A stretch of DNA of 59,389 bases, filler included, from a bacterium (lineage in GTDB: Bacteria > CLD3 > SB21), in the NCBI GenBank assembly GCA_013360215.1. It is 3 parts of 3 records of this genome, joined end to end, with 100 filler letters (N's around TTAATTAATTAA, not from the genome) between each part and the next. Parts side by side here need not be neighbours in the genome. Positions count along the whole stretch, not along the records: positions 1 to 18,026 come from JABWCP010000041.1; 2 more parts are not named here. One strand, given 5' to 3'. Position numbers and translations under genes: made by a program. Positions 1-8,610 of the stretch are shown piece by piece. How positions within the stretch are numbered: position 1 is the first letter of the stretch; every line of letters begins with the position of its first letter. Under the pieces are notes generated by a model. It did not search any database. It had not been told where the DNA came from and saw nothing but the letters and a program-made list of their open reading frames with translations.

Positions 1-50
1 ATAACAATTACTGAATCAAGATACATCTTGTCGGTAGTCGTACTGTCCAT
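1..50 (-). CDS. 5' start of an unknown protein running off the window (MDSTTTDKMYLDSVIV...), possible first gene cassette
   Basis: Minus strand reads GGAGG-atttaaa-ATG at 50, open to position 1; AT-rich; co-oriented with and downstream of the recombinase. Confidence 0.55.
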   Translation of the reverse strand, partial: MDSTTTDKMYLDSVIV

Positions 51-92
51 TTTAAATCCTCCAACACTTACAATCTTAATTAGCAGAGTTTC

Positions 93-194
93 GGATAACT
101 ATTTAGTATATGAATTGCGTTTATAGGGTACGTAGTCGAGTAATATGCGTATTGCGTAAAAGACGCCATTTTCGGGTAATATGCGCAATAGCGT
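93..194 (-). repeat. Putative recombination site (attI-like): GTTATCC core plus phased imperfect direct repeats
   Basis: Plus strand tcgagtaatatgcgtattgcgt (136-157), tcgggtaatatgcgcaatagcgt (172-194) and degenerate agtatatgaattgcgt (105-120); their gcgt ends fall at 120, 157 and 194 (37-bp period); minus-strand GTTATCC at 99-93. Confidence 0.45.
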
Positions 195-1065
195 TGAGGA
201 TGGTGGGATCACCCTCCCGTACGATACCCGTTTTGGGGTGGTCGGTGTACCAACGATCCAATGGGCTCTCTATTTTAGAAAGCTCGCGGCTGCTTACATG
301 GGTATAAATTTCGGTGGTTTTGGAACTCTCGTGACCAAGCAACTCCTGTATATAGCGAATATCCACCCCCGATTCTAAAAGATGCGTAGCAAAACTATGG
401 CGCAACGAATGTACAGATACTCTTTTTTGAATGCCGGCACGGGAAGCCGCGTTTGTAAACATTTGCTGGATCGAACGCACGCTATACCGACCACCATGGA
501 CTCCTTCAAAGAGATATTTTTTTGGCCGACACTGTTTGTAATAATCTCTTAAAAGCTTCAAAGCCTGATCGGATAAAATAGTAAACCGATCCTTTCCACC
601 TTTACCATTACGAATATGAAGCAGCATACGTCTGGAATCAATGTCGTTAACGTTCAGGTTCACCGCTTCACCGACACGCAAACCCGAGGAATAGATCAAA
701 AAAAGAACACAGCGATGCTTCATATTTTTGACGGAAGCAAAAATACCGCGCAACTCATCCTGACTCAGAACAACCGGCAAACGCACTGTAACGCGCGCAC
801 GCTGATATGCCAAATTCATTTTTTCGCGACCGAGAAAATTTTCAAAGTAACATTTGAATGCGTTGATCGCTTGATTTTGATATGACGGCGAAACACCCGC
901 CGGAACCAGCACGTCTTGTATATACATAAGCATATCGTGTTCCGTGAGAGACGACGGCAAACGATCTTTGTAATGCGTGAAAAGACGCTTGAGCTGCATT
1001 TCGTAAGCACCCAAAGTATTGGAACTATACCGACGAAGCTTGAGCATTTCGATGAAAGCTTTCAT
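121..1065 (-). CDS. Tyrosine recombinase, IntI/XerD-like with N-terminal SAM-like domain
   Basis: RYSSNT...Y N-terminus, YQNQAINA, GLRVGE (box I Arg), GKGGKDR, HSLRHSFATHLLESG.DIR.IQELLGH..SKTTEIYTHV (box II); start moved to MKAFIEML. Confidence 0.92.
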   Translation of the reverse strand: MKAFIEMLKLRRYSSNTLGAYEMQLKRLFTHYKDRLPSSLTEHDMLMYIQDVLVPAGVSPSYQNQAINAFKCYFENFLGREKMNLAYQRARVTVRLPVVLSQDELRGIFASVKNMKHRCVLFLIYSSGLRVGEAVNLNVNDIDSRRMLLHIRNGKGGKDRFTILSDQALKLLRDYYKQCRPKKYLFEGVHGGRYSVRSIQQMFTNAASRAGIQKRVSVHSLRHSFATHLLESGVDIRYIQELLGHESSKTTEIYTHVSSRELSKIESPLDRWYTDHPKTGIVREGDPTILNAIAHITRKWRLLRNTHITRLRTL

Positions 1066-1111
1066 GTAACCACCCAGAGAATTTATTGAAGAATAGACCC
1101 ATCCCTGAAGA

Positions 1112-1140
1112 AACTTAACACAACGGTATTTTGAGGTCAA
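1112..1140 (-). promoter_or_regulatory. Putative sigma70-type promoter for the recombinase
   Basis: Minus strand TTGACC-17 nt-TAAGTT with a TG extended -10. Confidence 0.4.
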
Positions 1141-1177
1141 GAAAAAAAAAAGGAAATTGCGATCCACGTCAGCGATA

Positions 1178-1213
1178 AAACAAAAAGGCTTCATCACATA
1201 TTGATGAAGCCTT
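1178..1213 (-). terminator. Intrinsic terminator
   Basis: aaggcttcatca / tgatgaagcctt 12-bp stem followed by a T-rich tract on the minus strand. Confidence 0.8.
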
Positions 1214-1240
1214 ACGTATTACGCTTAAAAACTAATTTAA

Positions 1241-1822
1241 CTATGGTACTGCCGGCGCAGATTCGTCAGGAATTTTAGTTAATTTATCTTTTTCTTTACC
1301 AACAAGGTCTTTGAGTTTGGCGATCTTTTCTTCAGCGGCTTTGATTTTATCTTCTTTTTCTTTGAGTTTATCGCCTTTGAGTTGTCCGGATTTTTTCTTT
1401 TTTTCGACATTTTCTTTTGCCGTTTTAATACGCGCTTCGGTCGCGGTAATTTTCTCTTCGGCACCGGCTATTTTTTCATGCGCATTTTTACGCTTTTCTT
1501 TCATTTTCATTTTCGCATCGGCGGAGCGCATTTTTCCGAATTCCTTGCCGCTCATCTCGCCTTTGTTTTTCCCGTAGGCATTGCCTTTATTTTCTATATC
1601 ATCCGCCTTGCCTTTTTCGCCCGGCTTTTTATCGTCGTTCTCTTCTTTTTCTTTTTTGGGTTTAAAACTTTCTTCTGCCGATTCGCGATTCTTTAGTTTA
1701 TCGGCTTTTTCTTCTTTGTTTGTTTTGCCTTTTTCGGCGTTAGGATTTTGGGCCATCGCACGACCGGCGCTTAACGCGAGCGTGAGTACGGCCAAAACAA
1801 ATAATTTTGCAGTGGTTTTCAT
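1241..1822 (-). CDS. Secreted Lys/Glu-rich coiled-coil hypothetical protein
   Basis: Signal peptide ending AMA-Q, low-complexity K/E body, GNAYGKNKG motif, GAGG RBS. Confidence 0.8.
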   Translation of the reverse strand: MKTTAKLFVLAVLTLALSAGRAMAQNPNAEKGKTNKEEKADKLKNRESAEESFKPKKEKEENDDKKPGEKGKADDIENKGNAYGKNKGEMSGKEFGKMRSADAKMKMKEKRKNAHEKIAGAEEKITATEARIKTAKENVEKKKKSGQLKGDKLKEKEDKIKAAEEKIAKLKDLVGKEKDKLTKIPDESAPAVP

Positions 1823-1843
1823 GTTTTTATCCTCACGTTGCGG

Positions 1844-2053
1844 TTAAATGTCTTTGAGTAAATCGTCTACGGCTTTTTCCGTTTCATCTACCTGCTGTTG
1901 GAGATTTTCGGTCGACGCGTTGAGATCGTTGGCGACGGAATCAATCCGTACGGCTTCTTTGTGATCCAATTCTTCAGCGGAAGGTTTTTTTTCACCGCAT
2001 GCCGCAATGCCCCACAAGGCAAGCACGGCAAGCATCATGATGTGCTTTCTCAT
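1844..2053 (-). CDS. Small hypothetical lipoprotein
   Basis: Lipobox IAAC, GAGGAG RBS, coiled-coil C-terminus. Confidence 0.75.
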   Translation of the reverse strand: MRKHIMMLAVLALWGIAACGEKKPSAEELDHKEAVRIDSVANDLNASTENLQQQVDETEKAVDDLLKDI

Positions 2054-2104
2054 ATTTTACTCCTCGTTTAGTTATTTTTGGAGAGTCTATCCCAAAAACT
2101 CAAA

Positions 2105-3655
2105 TCATATTACGCGTTGATATTGATCTAACGTCATCGTCCAAACTCTTTCGCCACAAAAACGGTCGCCCTCGGGGCAATACGGACGCATGCCCGCGCG
2201 AAGCCTTATACCGCACGGCGGTAAAAGCAGATTTCCAATCACGGGATTGACTTGCTGGATTTGTTGTGTTTCGTCCACCGATGCTCGCCAGATTTCTTCC
2301 TGCGCCAGATAACACAGGCGCATTGCCATTTTGTGATGCAGGTTTTGCAGATCTGCGGATTCCGTAAAACGTATGGCCACGGCATTGGGCAAAAGATACA
2401 TTGCATTTTCGTCCGACACATGATGTGCACGCAGACGTGCGATATATTCCCATGTTCGCGTCATGACCTCGTCATAATACGTGTGAACGTTTGCGTCTTC
2501 CAAAATCAACGCCGGTGTGATGTAATCCGGCTCAGCCAAACGATGTGCCGTGAGAATAGGGCGTGAACCCGGCGTCATACGATGCCGCTGATCCTGCGAG
2601 TCGGCGGCATGGCTTATTTTTTTGCGAAACGTATAGTGTGCGTGCACCAACGAACGCGTTATTTTGGACATCGTTGTCAGGTTGAGCGATTCGCCGTACA
2701 ATTTATTTTTCGAAGGGTCCAGCGCCAAAGCGATCGCATCCGCATCCGAGAGACGCTCACGGGTGAGACCCAACACTTCCCGCACACTTTGGGCAACAAC
2801 GGCTTCGTTATTGATTTTGTAATCCACCAGTTTTGACATACGGCCATCAAGGCTCCGATCAAACTCGACAGCGAACGCTTTGCGGCCGGCGTCATCATAA
2901 AAATCCGGATGCGCCTGATAAAATAAATATTCCGGGGTTTCTTCGATGGGCAATGCTTCTTCAAGAATCGCTTTGTACATCGGGTCTAAACGTATCATCT
3001 CCTGCACCATCTGCTCGACGACGACGCGCTGTTCGACGGGCGTGTCCATCTGATTGCACAAGCGATAATATCGCAACAGTGTGATGCCGCTTACCGTGTG
3101 ATACAAATACGAAAACGCCGCCACCGGTAAAACGTATCGCGCAATTTCCTGGCATTTTTTTTGAATTTCCTTCGCATACTTTTCGCGCACTTTGGCTCTG
3201 GCAGGAAAGCGCTTGAAATAGGCCGCCTCCGCCGACGGACGCAGCATCTCATTGAGTTTAAAATACGCGGCGGTTTGAAAGGCAATCGCTTCACGGTAAA
3301 TCGCCAGCGCTTCACCCTCCAGCGCAGGTATCAAAAACGTATCGGGCTTGACTTCCACATACCGCTGACTGACCTGTTCCGAATTATAAAACGGATGGCT
3401 GTGTAAAAACGTCCACAAAAACTGACGGGAGACATTGGCCAATTCGAATTGGAAATACGCATGCGAGAAGACTGTGTGATGGCCGGCCTGATACACGCTT
3501 TGCGCGAGCGGTACATGTTTATCGGTGATCTGCTCGTCGCGAACAATACCTTTGGCCGAATAACACGTGCGCGCCGTAGCGATCGCATTTTGGAACGGCG
3601 TCGAAAACGATTTTGAAAGTACTACGTGCGGTTTTGGGGAAAGAAATGTATGCAA
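2105..3655 (-). CDS. thyX: FAD-dependent thymidylate synthase family protein with two tandem ThyX domains
   Basis: ARTCYS, GHHTVFSH..F.F....VSR, SEQVSQRYV, EIARYVLP in the N half; QDQRHR, AMYLLPNA, MRLC..AQEEI, PPC...CPEG.RFCG in the C half; TTG start. Confidence 0.8.
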   Translation of the reverse strand: MHTFLSPKPHVVLSKSFSTPFQNAIATARTCYSAKGIVRDEQITDKHVPLAQSVYQAGHHTVFSHAYFQFELANVSRQFLWTFLHSHPFYNSEQVSQRYVEVKPDTFLIPALEGEALAIYREAIAFQTAAYFKLNEMLRPSAEAAYFKRFPARAKVREKYAKEIQKKCQEIARYVLPVAAFSYLYHTVSGITLLRYYRLCNQMDTPVEQRVVVEQMVQEMIRLDPMYKAILEEALPIEETPEYLFYQAHPDFYDDAGRKAFAVEFDRSLDGRMSKLVDYKINNEAVVAQSVREVLGLTRERLSDADAIALALDPSKNKLYGESLNLTTMSKITRSLVHAHYTFRKKISHAADSQDQRHRMTPGSRPILTAHRLAEPDYITPALILEDANVHTYYDEVMTRTWEYIARLRAHHVSDENAMYLLPNAVAIRFTESADLQNLHHKMAMRLCYLAQEEIWRASVDETQQIQQVNPVIGNLLLPPCGIRLRAGMRPYCPEGDRFCGERVWTMTLDQYQRVI

Positions 3656-3707
3656 TGTTTTAGCAGCCCTGTTTTGATTATTTCACTTCGATGTCGCGCC
3701 CGTTCAC

Positions 3708-4481
3708 TTAACGGTTGCTCCAGTTCGGTTTACGTTTTTCACTGAATGCTTTTAACGCTTCGAGGCGATCCTCGGTCGGTATCACATCGTTGTAGCATTC
3801 GTTTTCGATCTCCAGCGCATTTTGCAGGCTCGTACCCAAACCCAAACGCACGGCTTTTTTGGCCTGTCGTACAGCGATAGGCGCATTGGCCAGTATCTCC
3901 TCTGCCAAGGCTTGCGCTCGCGTATGCAGTTCGTTCAATGCGCAAACTTCCATCGCCACACCATCGTGCAGGGCTTCCTGCGCCGTAAATACGCGTGCGG
4001 TGAGTATCCAGTGCAAGGCTTTCTGATATCCGATAAGTCGCGGCAAACGCTGCGTACCGCCGGCGCCGGGAATAATACCGAGCGCCGTTTCGCGTAAACC
4101 GGTTTTAACATCCTCGGAAAAAATTCGAAAGTCGCACGCCAGAGCCAACTCACATCCTCCGCCCAGCGCACTGCCGTTGACGGCTGCGATGGTCGGTAAT
4201 TCGAGGTCGCCGATTTTGTGAATGGTACCACCGATGACGTAACGGACAAATTTTTTGACATCGGATTCGCTCATGCCCTGCCGTTCTTTCAAATCGGCAC
4301 CGGCGCAAAAATTATCCAATTCCGAACGCAGAATCACAACACGCGCCGTGTCATCCTGTCGAATACGATCGCAGGCTTCGGATAACTCCCAGAGCAATTC
4401 ACGATTGAGCGCGTTGACTTTGGGGCGGCGCAATCCGATGGTAATGATACCGTTATCGTTGGTGTAGTTTATATTTTGCAT
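3708..4481 (-). CDS. Enoyl-CoA hydratase/crotonase family (methylglutaconyl-CoA hydratase-like)
   Basis: FCAGADLKER, ALGGGCELALACDFR, ET.LGIIPGAGGTQRLPRLIG, DRLEAL.AF.EKRKP. Confidence 0.9.
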   Translation of the reverse strand: MQNINYTNDNGIITIGLRRPKVNALNRELLWELSEACDRIRQDDTARVVILRSELDNFCAGADLKERQGMSESDVKKFVRYVIGGTIHKIGDLELPTIAAVNGSALGGGCELALACDFRIFSEDVKTGLRETALGIIPGAGGTQRLPRLIGYQKALHWILTARVFTAQEALHDGVAMEVCALNELHTRAQALAEEILANAPIAVRQAKKAVRLGLGTSLQNALEIENECYNDVIPTEDRLEALKAFSEKRKPNWSNR

Positions 4482-4550
4482 ATGCACTTATTTTCTTGGT
4501 CATTCCTTGTTAGCGTTTTTTTAGATTCGCCGAAATCTCATCATTTATGT

Positions 4551-4592
4551 TCTTTTCTTTGGCTTGATACGAAGAAAAGAGCCAAAAGAAAA
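4551..4592. repeat. Intergenic palindromic element with two alternative stems
   Basis: tcttttctt (4551-4559) pairs with aagaaaaga (4572-4580); ttttctttggct (4553-4564) pairs with agccaaaagaaaa (4580-4592). Confidence 0.5.
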
Positions 4593-4661
4593 TCACGGCA
4601 GCGGAGAAACCGCCATTTCAAAACGGTTCCTATTCGTATCTTGTTTGCTTTGAACAAACCA

Positions 4662-5105
4662 TTAAATCCGGTGCATCGCTTTGAAAACGTCTTCATGTTG
4701 CGCCAGAATACGGATACCCAAAGTTTCGCTGGTACGTGCCAGATTTTCTTTGATGGTGCCAAAGGGGCATGCGGCGTTTTTGATATCCACGAGCATCATC
4801 AGCGTAAAAAATTCCTGCATGATTTTTTGGCTGACATCCAAAATGTCGCAACGGCAATCGGTGAGTGTCTGCGAAATATTGGAAATAATGCCGGGGCCGT
4901 TTTTGCCGAATGCCGTCACAATGATGCGGCCTTCGGTGCGATTGAGGTAACGAAACGTGCTGTGATGTTCCTGCACGTACCCTTTGTCGCCGTCAAGCCG
5001 ACGAATTGCTTCCATGGCAACGTGTTTTACGGTTTCATCCGATGCTTGTGCGCCGAGCTGGCGGCGCGCTTCTTCGACGATCTTGCGGATTTCCTGTTCG
5101 TTCAT
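4662..5105 (-). CDS. ACT-domain protein (UPF0237-like) with N-terminal extension
   Basis: IIVTAFGKNGPGII..IS..L.....ILDVSQKIMQEFFTLMMLVD...QHEDVFKAMHRI. Confidence 0.85.
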   Translation of the reverse strand: MNEQEIRKIVEEARRQLGAQASDETVKHVAMEAIRRLDGDKGYVQEHHSTFRYLNRTEGRIIVTAFGKNGPGIISNISQTLTDCRCDILDVSQKIMQEFFTLMMLVDIKNAACPFGTIKENLARTSETLGIRILAQHEDVFKAMHRI

Positions 5106-5144
5106 CGTGGTTTATACTGTTATGGTTAAAAAAATGGTTTCCAG

Positions 5145-6374
5145 TTAATCGGTTTTGAGCTGAATACGCATCGTCGTACCCAAACCCGGGCGGCTTTCTT
5201 TGACAAATATTTTGCCCCGATGGTAATCTTCGACAATCCGTTTGGCCAAACTCAAGCCGAGGCCCCAGCCACGTTTTTTGGTACTGAAGCCGGGACGAAA
5301 TACATTTTTGAAATTATCGGGATCAATGCCGCGTCCATCATCGGCGACGTCAATGTACACAGAATCTCCCGATTTACTCAAGGACAATTTGATAATGCCC
5401 TGGGGTTTTTCGATCGCGTCCACGGCGTTTTTGACTAAGTTTTCGATAACCCATCCGAGCAATTGAGCGTTGATAAAAATGGCCGGATCGCCGTCGTAAT
5501 TTTCTTCGATGACGATTTGTTTGGTCTGCGGGAGACGGCGGCGAAAATACCCGGCGGTTTCCTGCAAAATCGAAACGACCGGCTGACGACGCAAATCCGA
5601 CGCCGATCCGATCTGTGAAAAACGCGCCACGACACGATCCAATCGCCGCAGGTCCACTTCCATTTCCTGCAAAATCTTCATCGTACTTTCGCGTTTTTCA
5701 GATTGCTCGCGCAATAATTCGATCCAGCCCAACATGGATGACAGCGGCGTACCCAACTGATGCGCTGTTTCTTTGGCCATACCCACCCAGATCGAACGCT
5801 GCTCGCTGCGCTTGATATTGCTAAACCCGATGTATCCGATCAGAATAAACGCACCGACAAGGCCGATCTCAATATATGGAAGCCACGCCAGTTGGCGGAT
5901 TAACCGCGTATCCGTATCGTAGTGAATATAACCGAGAACGTTTTGTTCGTACAAAATCGGCAGCGGCGTATTCAGCGCATCCATTTCTTTCATCACCGAT
6001 GTCAGTTTTTCGCGCGTTTCCGCCGTCATCGTATCCCCGGAAACGCCGGGAATATTGCGCCAGGACAGCGGTTCGCCCGTGGGATCGGTATTGATGATGG
6101 GAAAATCAATGCGTTTGATGATTTCATCAAACATAAAGCTGTATTCGCCGTTGGGATCGCCTTCGCCGATATGCGCGATAAGATGGGTGTAGATGCGCAC
6201 AAGGTGGCGTGAATCGCCGCGGAGTTTTTCAACGACGTACTGCGTATATAATACGACACCGAATATCATCAGTATCGCGACGGCGAAAAGGCCGCTTTTG
6301 ATATTGATATTGAGACGGTATGGGTCGTACACCGTGCGTGTATTGCGGGATGAATCGGATGTTTCTTTTTTCAC
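5145..6374 (-). CDS. Membrane sensor histidine kinase
   Basis: Two TM segments, H-box ETAHQLGTPLS, N-box ENLVKNAVDA, DDGRGI, PGFSTK, GWGLGLSL; GTG start. Confidence 0.92.
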   Translation of the reverse strand: MKKETSDSSRNTRTVYDPYRLNINIKSGLFAVAILMIFGVVLYTQYVVEKLRGDSRHLVRIYTHLIAHIGEGDPNGEYSFMFDEIIKRIDFPIINTDPTGEPLSWRNIPGVSGDTMTAETREKLTSVMKEMDALNTPLPILYEQNVLGYIHYDTDTRLIRQLAWLPYIEIGLVGAFILIGYIGFSNIKRSEQRSIWVGMAKETAHQLGTPLSSMLGWIELLREQSEKRESTMKILQEMEVDLRRLDRVVARFSQIGSASDLRRQPVVSILQETAGYFRRRLPQTKQIVIEENYDGDPAIFINAQLLGWVIENLVKNAVDAIEKPQGIIKLSLSKSGDSVYIDVADDGRGIDPDNFKNVFRPGFSTKKRGWGLGLSLAKRIVEDYHRGKIFVKESRPGLGTTMRIQLKTD

Positions 6375-6450
6375 ATCGGTTGGGTGTTAATTTTACCCGT
6401 CAGTTTATATATGAATCCGCGATCATTTCGGTTCGGCAAGCCTGCGGAAA

Positions 6451-7401
6451 ACCCGCTCGCTAAGGCGCCAAGGCACAAGAAATATACTGATTAAAACTCA
6501 ACTCTGCTTTGCGGCTTTGCGAGGATGTTTTTTTCGGTCGCTTCGTTGCACAATACCCGCTCGCTAAGGCGCCAAGACACAAAGTAATATACTGATTAAA
6601 ATTCAACTCTGCTTTGCGGCTTTGCGAGGATGTTTTTTTCGGCCGCTTCGTTGCACAATACCCACTCGCTCAGGCGCCAAGATGCAAAGAATTATACTGA
6701 TTAAAATTCAACTCTGCTTTACGGCTTTGCGAAGATATGTTTTTTATCGGTCGCTTCATTGTGCAATACCTGCTCGCTAAGACGCTAAGGTGCAAAGTAA
6801 TATACTTAAAAATTCAACTCTGCTTTGCGACTTTGCGAGGATATGTTTTTATCGGTCGCTTCGTTGTGCAATACCCGCTCGCTAAGGCGCCAAGGTGCAA
6901 AGTAATATACATAAAGATTCAACTCTGCTTTGCGACTTTGCGAGGATGTTTTTTTCGGTCACTTCGTTGCGCTATACCTGCTCGCTAAGGCGTCAAGACA
7001 CAAGAAATATACTGATTAAAATTCTACTCTGCTTTGCGACTTTGCGAGGATATGTTTTTTATTGGTCACTTCGTTGCGCAATACCCGCTCGCTAAGACGC
7101 CAAGGCATAAAGTAATATACTGATTAAAATTCAACTCTACTTTGCGACTTTGCGAGGATATGTTTTTTATCGGTCGCTTCGTTGTGCAATACCCGCTCGC
7201 TAAGGCGCCAAGGTACAAAGTAATATACTGATTAAAATTCAACTCTGCTTTACGGTTTTGCGAGGATATGTTTTTTATCGGTCGCTTCGTTGCGCTATAC
7301 CCGCTCGCTAAGACGCCAAGGCACAAAGTAATATACTTAAAGATTCAACTCTACTTTGCGGCTTTGCGAGGATATGCTTTTATCGGTCACTTCGTTGCGC
7401 A
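6451..7401. repeat. Tandem array of 9 imperfect ~103-108 bp REP-like hairpin units
   Basis: Units start at about 6451, 6555, 6660, 6768, 6873, 6976, 7083, 7191 and 7299; consensus acccgctcgctaaggcgccaaggcacaaagtaatatactgattaaaattcaactctgctttgcgrctttgcgaggat(at)gtttttt(a)tcggtcgcttcgttgYRcaat. Confidence 0.95.
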
Positions 7402-8535
7402 TTAATTATCGGCGCTTACAATGACGAGCGCATCGGAAATCGGGCGCTCTAATCCGCTGTCCGAAGGGCGATTGACCAAACGATCACGAATAAGCATGGC
7501 TGTGGAACCGCCGCCATCAAGATTGGAGGCCGATTCGCAACCGAGCGCGATCATCAAGTCGGCCAGTTCCGTCAGGTTCATACCCACGCTGTAGTTAGCT
7601 TGCTTGCCGTCCACGCATACCAAAATCAGTTTTTTTCTTGCTTCGGAATAGCCGATCGCCGTGCGGGCATTGGCATTGCGTGCAAATTCTTTATTGAGCA
7701 ATGCGCCGTCGAGAATACTTTTCTTTTCCCGAACGAGCACCGGATAAGCACCGATCAATTGGCGCAGGTCTCTATGCGGCAGGCCGCTTTCCATATCAAT
7801 ACGCACGACCATACCCGGGCGCATGCGACGAAGCCGTTGCATATTGGCCGCGCCATGCCCGCTCAAAATCCAGGTGGAATCGTCCAGCGGATGATCGCCT
7901 TGGGCCGAATCCACTTCGCGTACGATCGCTTCGATCGGCCGATCCCATGCTTCGGGAATTTTTCTGACGCTCAGCCGGACTTCCGTGCCGAAATTATTGG
8001 TTGCCGTCGAGCGGCCATAATAATCATTGTACAAAATAATTTCATTGTCCAGGCGGGGACGGTTAACACCTTGCACGGAAGTTACACGTTCACCCGTGGC
8101 TTTGAAATGCGCACTCGGACGAATCGCTTCAAAATACACGCGACCGCTTTGTGTGAATCCGACCGACGACCATATCTCCGCACCGTTTTTGATCCAGACG
8201 CCATCGCTTACCAACGCACCGGAAGGGCTTCCTTCCTGTGAAAAAAAATCTCCATTGATCGCGGCAATAGTTCCGGGTATGGAAGCCGCTACTTTGGTAA
8301 GGGGTTCGGTGTCATAGATATGATCCCCGGCTTTGACGGCTTTGACTGTCCACCGCGTAGAAGGCCAATCTAACTCGAGAATGTGAATCGTATTGGGTAC
8401 GGCATGCTGGATGATGCGGATGTATTTCAATTCCGAGGCGATTTCTTCCGCTTCGCGGGTTTCCCCGCCGGTACAACCGCTCCCCCCCGAACAAAGTATA
8501 ATCCAAAGCGGTAACCATTTTGCAAATTTCAACAT
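7402..8535 (-). CDS. Phosphodiester glycosidase (NAGPA-like) family exported protein
   Basis: AAINGDFF, ARTAIG, VDGKQ..YS.GM.L.ELA, NLDGGGST, NRPSD...ERPISDAL. Confidence 0.88.
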   Translation of the reverse strand: MLKFAKWLPLWIILCSGGSGCTGGETREAEEIASELKYIRIIQHAVPNTIHILELDWPSTRWTVKAVKAGDHIYDTEPLTKVAASIPGTIAAINGDFFSQEGSPSGALVSDGVWIKNGAEIWSSVGFTQSGRVYFEAIRPSAHFKATGERVTSVQGVNRPRLDNEIILYNDYYGRSTATNNFGTEVRLSVRKIPEAWDRPIEAIVREVDSAQGDHPLDDSTWILSGHGAANMQRLRRMRPGMVVRIDMESGLPHRDLRQLIGAYPVLVREKKSILDGALLNKEFARNANARTAIGYSEARKKLILVCVDGKQANYSVGMNLTELADLMIALGCESASNLDGGGSTAMLIRDRLVNRPSDSGLERPISDALVIVSADN

Positions 8536-8610
8536 GGTGCAAACATCGTTAATCGAGAGATTTCTTGCAAGCGGAATATCATGCCTTCGGCGGGAAAAGA
8601 CGGCATCCGA

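Noticed and set aside
1066-1197. 44-aa N-terminal extension of the recombinase
   Set aside because: It overlaps the upstream terminator and a likely promoter; family similarity begins at MKAFIEML
4476-5129. 217-aa plus-strand ORF
   Set aside because: Antisense to the ACT gene and runs through an intergenic palindrome
6737-7326. ORFs within the repeat array (6737-6988, 6895-7095, 7066-7326)
   Set aside because: Unit lengths vary by non-multiples of three and frames break at the T tracts; these are by-products of the repeat
6451-7401. CRISPR array
   Set aside because: The segments between the palindromic arms are near-identical rather than unique spacers, the unit is ~105 bp, and there are no cas genes in the window
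6451-7401. Array of empty attC sites (GTGCAAC...GTTGAAT on the minus strand)
   Set aside because: The DNA between these AAC/GTT boxes is not self-complementary; the real hairpin lies in a different register
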